DNA from: Acidimicrobiia bacterium
GTDB taxonomy: Bacteria > Actinomycetota > Acidimicrobiia > Acidimicrobiales > JACDCH01
Assembly (NCBI GenBank): GCA_052387955.1
Contig: JBQTIQ010000011.1
Location: 3,602 to 67,601, forward strand
DNA length: 64,000 nt
Reading direction: 5' to 3'
Position numbers and translations under genes: made by a program. Shown piece after piece: positions 60,118 through 64,000 of this stretch. The notes below the pieces were generated by a model, which did no database searches, was not told the origin of the DNA, and worked only from the letters and a program-made list of their open reading frames with translations. The first letter of the stretch is position 1; each line of letters begins with the position of its first letter.

Positions 60118-61083
60118 CTGAAACGGACGAGTGCCCATCTCATCGTCCTCCTGCTCGGCGCCGTCGTGACCGTCGCCTGCAGGTCGGACTCGGGTACCAC
60201 CACGGTGGCCGGCGACTCCTCGGCGTCGGCGAGCACCAGCCCCACCAGCACGACCAGTCCCGCCAGCGAGCCGGGACAACCGGCCTCCACGGTCCCAGCG
60301 GACGGGCCGACGACCGGCGGCCCGGTGCCCGGCGAGCCGACCACCACCCCCCTGGTACCGCCGACGACGGCCGGTGAGCTGGTCATCCAGGTCCGAGAGG
60401 AGGGCGGGTTCGTGCCAGTCGAGTTCCTCGCCCGCCGCCTGCCGGTCGTATCGGTCTACGCCGACGGCAGGGTGATCACCCAGGGGGCGCAGATCCTCAT
60501 CTATCCGAGGCCAGCGCTGCCATCGGTACAGGTCCGCTCGGCGCCGAGCGACGAGCTCGCGTGGGCCCTGGCCGACGCCCGGGCTGCGAGCGCCGGCGCC
60601 GGCGACACCGGCTTCCCGCCCGTCGCCGACGTGCCCGACACGGTCTTCGAGGTCGTGGACGCCAACGGCGGGCGCTCCACCGTGCGGGTGGCGGCGCTCG
60701 GTTTCGACAGCGCCGGCCTGACGCCCCAACAGGTCGCCGCCCGCCGTGCCCTGGCCGACGTCCGAGACCGGTTGGTCAACCTCGGCGGCCCCGATTCGCA
60801 GATGTACACGGCCAGCTCGCTGAGTGCCTTCGCCAGCGCCTACGGGGGCAGAGGCGGAGAACCAGCCCCCAACGAGCTCGACTGGCCGCTGGCCCCGATC
60901 GCTCCTGGCGGTCCCGATGGGTTGCCGGTGTGCATCCCGGTAACCGGGGCCGACACCGCCACGGTGCTGTCGGCGCTCGGCCAGGCCACCGAGATCACCC
61001 GGTGGCGCAGCGGCGGGCAGGTGTGGTCCATCGCCTTCCGGCCGGTACTGCCCCACGAGGCCCCGTGCCCCTTGGCCCGGTGA
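60118..61083 (+). CDS. Putative lipoprotein (hypothetical), start codon unresolved
   Basis: The first classical start is GTG 60166 (MTVACRSD...). The in-frame upstream codons encode KRTSAHLIVLLLGAVVTVAC, a lipoprotein-type signal. Only CTG 60118 (or ATC 60142) is available as an initiator. Confidence 0.5.
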   Translation: MKRTSAHLIVLLLGAVVTVACRSDSGTTTVAGDSSASASTSPTSTTSPASEPGQPASTVPADGPTTGGPVPGEPTTTPLVPPTTAGELVIQVREEGGFVPVEFLARRLPVVSVYADGRVITQGAQILIYPRPALPSVQVRSAPSDELAWALADARAASAGAGDTGFPPVADVPDTVFEVVDANGGRSTVRVAALGFDSAGLTPQQVAARRALADVRDRLVNLGGPDSQMYTASSLSAFASAYGGRGGEPAPNELDWPLAPIAPGGPDGLPVCIPVTGADTATVLSALGQATEITRWRSGGQVWSIAFRPVLPHEAPCPLAR

Positions 61084-61407
61084 GCATCGCCCGACGCTGC
61101 CAACAGCCGACTAGAGGCCTTCTCCGATGAGGTCACGAAGCGCAGCCACCTCGGCCGCGGCCGCGGCCCGCCCCTTGGTCTTGGGGTTAGACCCAGGTAC
61201 GGGGCGTCCTCGCTTCGAACACCTTGTCGATGCGGACCAGACCGGCGGCCTCAACACCGCCAGGAGCGGGACAGCCGTCGGACGGCACGTCGTTCGTCGG
61301 CGACTTGCGGGCTCAGGGCACCGCCTCTACCCTCCCGGGTCCCACCCGGCCCGGACAAGCGTGCCTGGTGGGGACCACCAGGGCTTCGGCCCGTGTGGCG
61401 GAACCAA

Positions 61408-61482
61408 GGTCCCGTGGTGCAGTTTGGAGTGCACGCCGGCCTGTCAAGCCGGAGGTCGCGGGTTCAAATCCCGTCGGGACCG
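61408..61482 (+). tRNA. tRNA-Asp (anticodon GUC)
   Basis: Hand-folded. Acceptor GGTCCCG/CGGGACC, anticodon loop CTGTCAA, T-arm GCGGG-TTCAAAT-CCCGT, discriminator G. Confidence 0.9.
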
Positions 61483-61513
61483 CGGAGGGGGTGCATGCAC
61501 CCCGTCCACCCTT

Positions 61514-61586
61514 GGTCGGGTAGCTCAGTAGGCAGAGCATCCGCCTGAAAAGCGGAAGGTCACCGGATCGACGCCGGTCCCGACCA
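61514..61586 (+). tRNA. tRNA-Phe (anticodon GAA), atypical T-loop
   Basis: Acceptor GGTCGGG/CCCGACC, D-arm GCTC-AGTAGGCA-GAGC, anticodon loop CTGAAAA, T-arm ACCGG-ATCGACG-CCGGT (A at position 54 instead of T). CCA is not encoded. Confidence 0.85.
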
Positions 61587-61603
61587 CCCAAGAAGGCCCT
61601 GGT

Positions 61604-61637
61604 CAGAGGCTCGGAAGCGAAAGCGACCGGGCCTCTG
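61604..61637 (+). terminator. Hairpin after the tRNA pair
   Basis: CAGAGGCTCGG-AAGCGAAAGCGA-CCGGGCCTCTG forms an 11-bp stem with one G-T pair. There is no clear U-tract. Confidence 0.45.
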
Positions 61638-61772
61638 TCGCGTCTCCATCCCGCGAGCATCCCGCGGGCGGATCGGTTCGCTCGAGGTCTCGCCGCTGTG
61701 GAGTCGATCAGTTGTCACGCACCGTGATGCCACCGATCGATCCGCGGGTAGCCGCCCAAGACAACGATTCCC

Positions 61773-62606
61773 CTACTGCGCGACAGCGGCGAGTCGAAGG
61801 CGCGCGGCGTCCGCCCACGGTGTCGAGAGCACCGATCCGAGCGTCTGCGCGGCATCGCGGCCGGCGTCTTCGAGGAGGTCGGCTGTGGCGAGCGCAGCCC
61901 GGAGGACCTCGCCGCGTTGTCTCGGCAACGAGTACGTCGCGCCGAGGCGCTCGGGAAGCCGATACGGCGGGAAGTCGAGCAGGCTCACGAGTCCGAACGA
62001 CGGGAACGGCGTTCGCTCACCGACGGCGTACAGCCGCAGCGCCTGCTGCCGAGCCTCCACGAGTCGCTCGACAGCCTCGAAGACCGATTCGCGACGGAGG
62101 TATTTCGCGACGTCGCTGAGCGCCCACCACCCGAGCATGAGCCACTCCCGAGCGACGTCGGGCGTGGGGACGTCCTCGACAGGAGGCGTCCAGGGCGACT
62201 CAAGGCGGCCGTCCTTGTCGACAACCGCAACTGCGCCGGTCGGGAGACCGACACGACGTTCCGACGGCATGATCACGAGGTCGAGCTGCACCCCTTCTTC
62301 GAACTCCACGGCCAAGCGACGTATGTCGATCGGCCATCCGGGCATGACTTGGAGGAGCACGTCGGTCGCGTGGCCAACCTCCGCGACGACTGCCAAACCA
62401 GCCGCGTCGAGATCGCTCACATGGAGCTCGCCGCCATAGCCGATGCCGGCGTCGACGTCGGAGAGCTCGTCGCCTCGCCCAGCTGCCAGGGAGCAGGACA
62501 CCTCGAGCCACCGCCAGCGGGGCGACCTCTGGACGAGACTCTCCAGCCGCTCGACGACCGCCGCTTGCAGCGGCAGATCGGCCCACGGCCACGCGCGCGC
62601 TGCCAT
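61773..62606 (-). CDS. Nucleotidyltransferase-fold protein (ANT(6)/AadK-like architecture)
   Basis: Minimal NTase motif SCSLAAGRGDELSDVDAG, followed by a helical C-terminal domain (EWLMLGWWALSDVAKYLRRESVFEAVERLVEARQQAL) resembling aminoglycoside 6-adenylyltransferases. Confidence 0.55.
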   Translation of the reverse strand: MAARAWPWADLPLQAAVVERLESLVQRSPRWRWLEVSCSLAAGRGDELSDVDAGIGYGGELHVSDLDAAGLAVVAEVGHATDVLLQVMPGWPIDIRRLAVEFEEGVQLDLVIMPSERRVGLPTGAVAVVDKDGRLESPWTPPVEDVPTPDVAREWLMLGWWALSDVAKYLRRESVFEAVERLVEARQQALRLYAVGERTPFPSFGLVSLLDFPPYRLPERLGATYSLPRQRGEVLRAALATADLLEDAGRDAAQTLGSVLSTPWADAARLRLAAVAQ

Positions 62607-62729
62607 GACGCCGATCCTTGCCGGTGAGGGACGTCGGCCTGGTTGCTACCACGTCGTCCGGCGCCCGCCCTGCGCCTCCAGCACCGCCACCGTGCTCGTT
62701 GAATGTGCGTCGGCTGTCAGACTGGAGCA

Positions 62730-62960
62730 ATGGCTGCCCCTGTCCGCGGCGCACTCCAGGGATCGGCGCGGGTCGTCGATCGGGCGTTGCGTGCCGTCGA
62801 GGACGGCGCGCACTCGCTGAGGCAGAGGCTGTTGGCTCGCGAGCTCGGTCGCACCACCCCCGCGGATCACTGGACACCGGTTGCACATGATGAGCCCGGC
62901 CTGAGCGCTGCGGACCTTCGCCGTCACGCTGCCGAGGTCCGCCGAGACACCAGCGGGTGA
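62730..62960 (+). CDS. Hypothetical small protein (possible antitoxin partner)
   Basis: Its stop overlaps the start of the next small ORF (GTGA at 62957-62960). No recognisable DNA-binding motif. The start is ATG 62730 or 62703. Confidence 0.3.
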   Translation: MAAPVRGALQGSARVVDRALRAVEDGAHSLRQRLLARELGRTTPADHWTPVAHDEPGLSAADLRRHAAEVRRDTSG

Positions 62961-63211
62961 GCTTCCGGCTCGTCGGAACCGAGCTGCTGTCACGCTGGTA
63001 CGAGGCGGAGCCTGATCCAGAGCGTCATGCCCTGATGGATGAGTGGCTCGCGGACCTTCTCGACGCGCCATGGGCCCGGCCGCACGACGCGGTGCCGGGG
63101 CCGAACGCGCTGCTCCGAGTCGCGATCGTCCCGGCAACGGGATGGGCCGTCGAGTTCCTCATCAACGATGCCGACCGTCAGGTCGAGCTCAAGGGCTTCC
63201 TGTCGCTCTGA
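62957..63211 (+). CDS. Small protein with RelE/ParE-like C-terminal pattern (possible toxin)
   Basis: 84 aa. ...LLRVAIVPATGWAVEFLINDADRQVELKGF resembles the beta-strand core of ParE/RelE toxins. Coupled to the upstream small ORF. Confidence 0.4.
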   Translation: MSFRLVGTELLSRWYEAEPDPERHALMDEWLADLLDAPWARPHDAVPGPNALLRVAIVPATGWAVEFLINDADRQVELKGFLSL

Positions 63212-64000
63212 GCGCAGCGACCGACGCTGACACCACCGGCTTCGCAGCCCGGGCGAGCACGTCCAGGCGGTCGGCGACGCCCTCGGCCTGGCCCGGCATG
63301 AGGTGTCCGTAGCGGTCGAGGGTGAGGGCTGCGGACGAGTGCCCGAGCATCCGCTGCAGGACCTTGACGTCAGCGCCGGCAGCGATGGCCAGTGAAGCGC
63401 AGGTGTGCCGCATGTCGTGGATTCGCAGCGGCGCGAGGCCAGCGGCCGCCACCGCTGGATTCCAGACCCGCTTGCGGAAGTTCTCGAGATGCAGGAAGCC
63501 ACCCTCCGGCGCCGTGAACACGAGCGCGTCGACGCTGTGATCAGCCAGGCCGAGCAGGTGCTTCTCGAGCTCCTCGGCCACGACCCGGGGCAGGGCCACC
63601 GAGCGCCGGCCGGCGGCGCTCTTCGGAGGGGCGGTGAGGTAGCGACCGTCGATGTACTGCACCTGCTCGATGACGGTGACGGTCCGCCGCAGGAGATCCA
63701 CGTTCGAACGCCGGAGCGCGATCAGCTCGCCGGCGCGGAGGCCCGAGTAGGCGGCGACGAGCACGAAGGCGCGGTAGCGGTCGTCGATGGTGCCGGCGAG
63801 CGTCGCGACCTCGTCCGGAGTCAGGAAGCGCACGGGCTCGAGCGCGGGCCTGGGAGGCTTGACGCCCTGCAGCGGATTGCGTCCGATCAGCTCGTCGTGG
63901 ACTGCGGCCGACAACACGCGGTTGAGGGTGCGATAGGCCTGTGCCACGGTGCCCGCGGCGATCTTCCTCTGCCCGCGGCCGGTCTTCGCCGACACGTCCG
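63189..64000 (-). CDS. Tyrosine recombinase/phage-type integrase (5' end beyond the window)
   Basis: GLRAGELIALR (Arg I), HDMRHTCASLA (His-x-x-Arg), LGHSS and DRYGHL (catalytic Tyr). The ORF is open to the window edge. Confidence 0.85.
   Translation of the reverse strand, partial: DVSAKTGRGQRKIAAGTVAQAYRTLNRVLSAAVHDELIGRNPLQGVKPPRPALEPVRFLTPDEVATLAGTIDDRYRAFVLVAAYSGLRAGELIALRRSNVDLLRRTVTVIEQVQYIDGRYLTAPPKSAAGRRSVALPRVVAEELEKHLLGLADHSVDALVFTAPEGGFLHLENFRKRVWNPAVAAAGLAPLRIHDMRHTCASLAIAAGADVKVLQRMLGHSSAALTLDRYGHLMPGQAEGVADRLDVLARAAKPVVSASVAALRATGSP

Larger units (their letters stand above)
61587..64000. mobile_element. Probable integrated element/genomic islet abutting tRNA-Phe (right end outside the window)
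   Basis: A tyrosine integrase lies 1.6 kb from the tRNA 3' end, with accessory-type cargo in between. G+C and codon style are visibly less extreme than in the core genes. No att repeat can be seen because the window ends. Confidence 0.4.

Noticed and set aside
61111-61257. Short minus-strand ORF upstream of tRNA-Asp ending ...KRGRPVPGSNPKTKGRAAAAAEVAALRDLIGEGL, possibly an HTH/transposase remnant.
   Set aside because: It is under 50 codons from the first GTG/TTG, has no RBS, and shows only a vague HTH-like tail. That is insufficient for a pseudogene call.
61313-61660. 115-aa minus-strand ORF.
   Set aside because: It lies directly over the tRNA-Asp and tRNA-Phe genes.

Overview
This is a very G+C-rich chromosomal segment of Actinomycetota type. 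Markers for that assignment are WhiB7, an NnaR-type HemD-OmpR regulator, ClpS-DUF2017 and a caa3 oxidase operon with CtaG. I call about 60 protein genes and 3 tRNAs (Glu, Asp, Phe). I see no rRNA, CRISPR array or IS element.

Gene content, left to right:
- iron(III) ABC transporter, corA, an esterase, phoU
- HxlR regulator divergent from an S1C/PDZ protease
- ATP-dependent DNA ligase, an ArsR-like regulator with PaaI thioesterase and dut, then orn and a GT2 glycosyltransferase
- whiB7 with a leader uORF and terminator
- a nitrate-assimilation supercluster: narK, nirBD, a fused FeS/membrane-anchor gene, a nasA-like gene, nnaR and nrtABD
- tlpA-ccdA, pdxH, a radical-SAM gene, an opuC-like ABC system, serS, an ABC-2 exporter
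- the respiratory block ctaB, three extra genes, ctaCDEF-ctaG, with ctaA divergent
- clpS and DUF2017, a membrane HExxH protein, degV-plsY
- a low-GC islet after tRNA-Glu, and a diguanylate cyclase operon
- a likely integrated element (nucleotidyltransferase, TA-like pair, tyrosine integrase) after tRNA-Asp/tRNA-Phe

Most worth a second look:
1. A heme-copper-oxidase subunit I paralogue has lost the CuB ligands and one heme ligand. It sits with subunit III-like and SYWP-module membrane proteins, directly upstream of and apparently co-transcribed with the genuine caa3 operon.
2. A 606-aa secreted, hyper-acidic protein is built from 13 Cys-bracketed Asp-rich modules plus a D/G/L tail.
3. A leader-less NasA-like molybdoenzyme is translationally coupled to a fused DmsB/DmsC-like subunit.
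4. A family of GC-rich, multi-hairpin intergenic repeats recurs through the window.

All calls rest on reading the sequence and the ORF translations. No database search was possible, so novelty statements are unverified.
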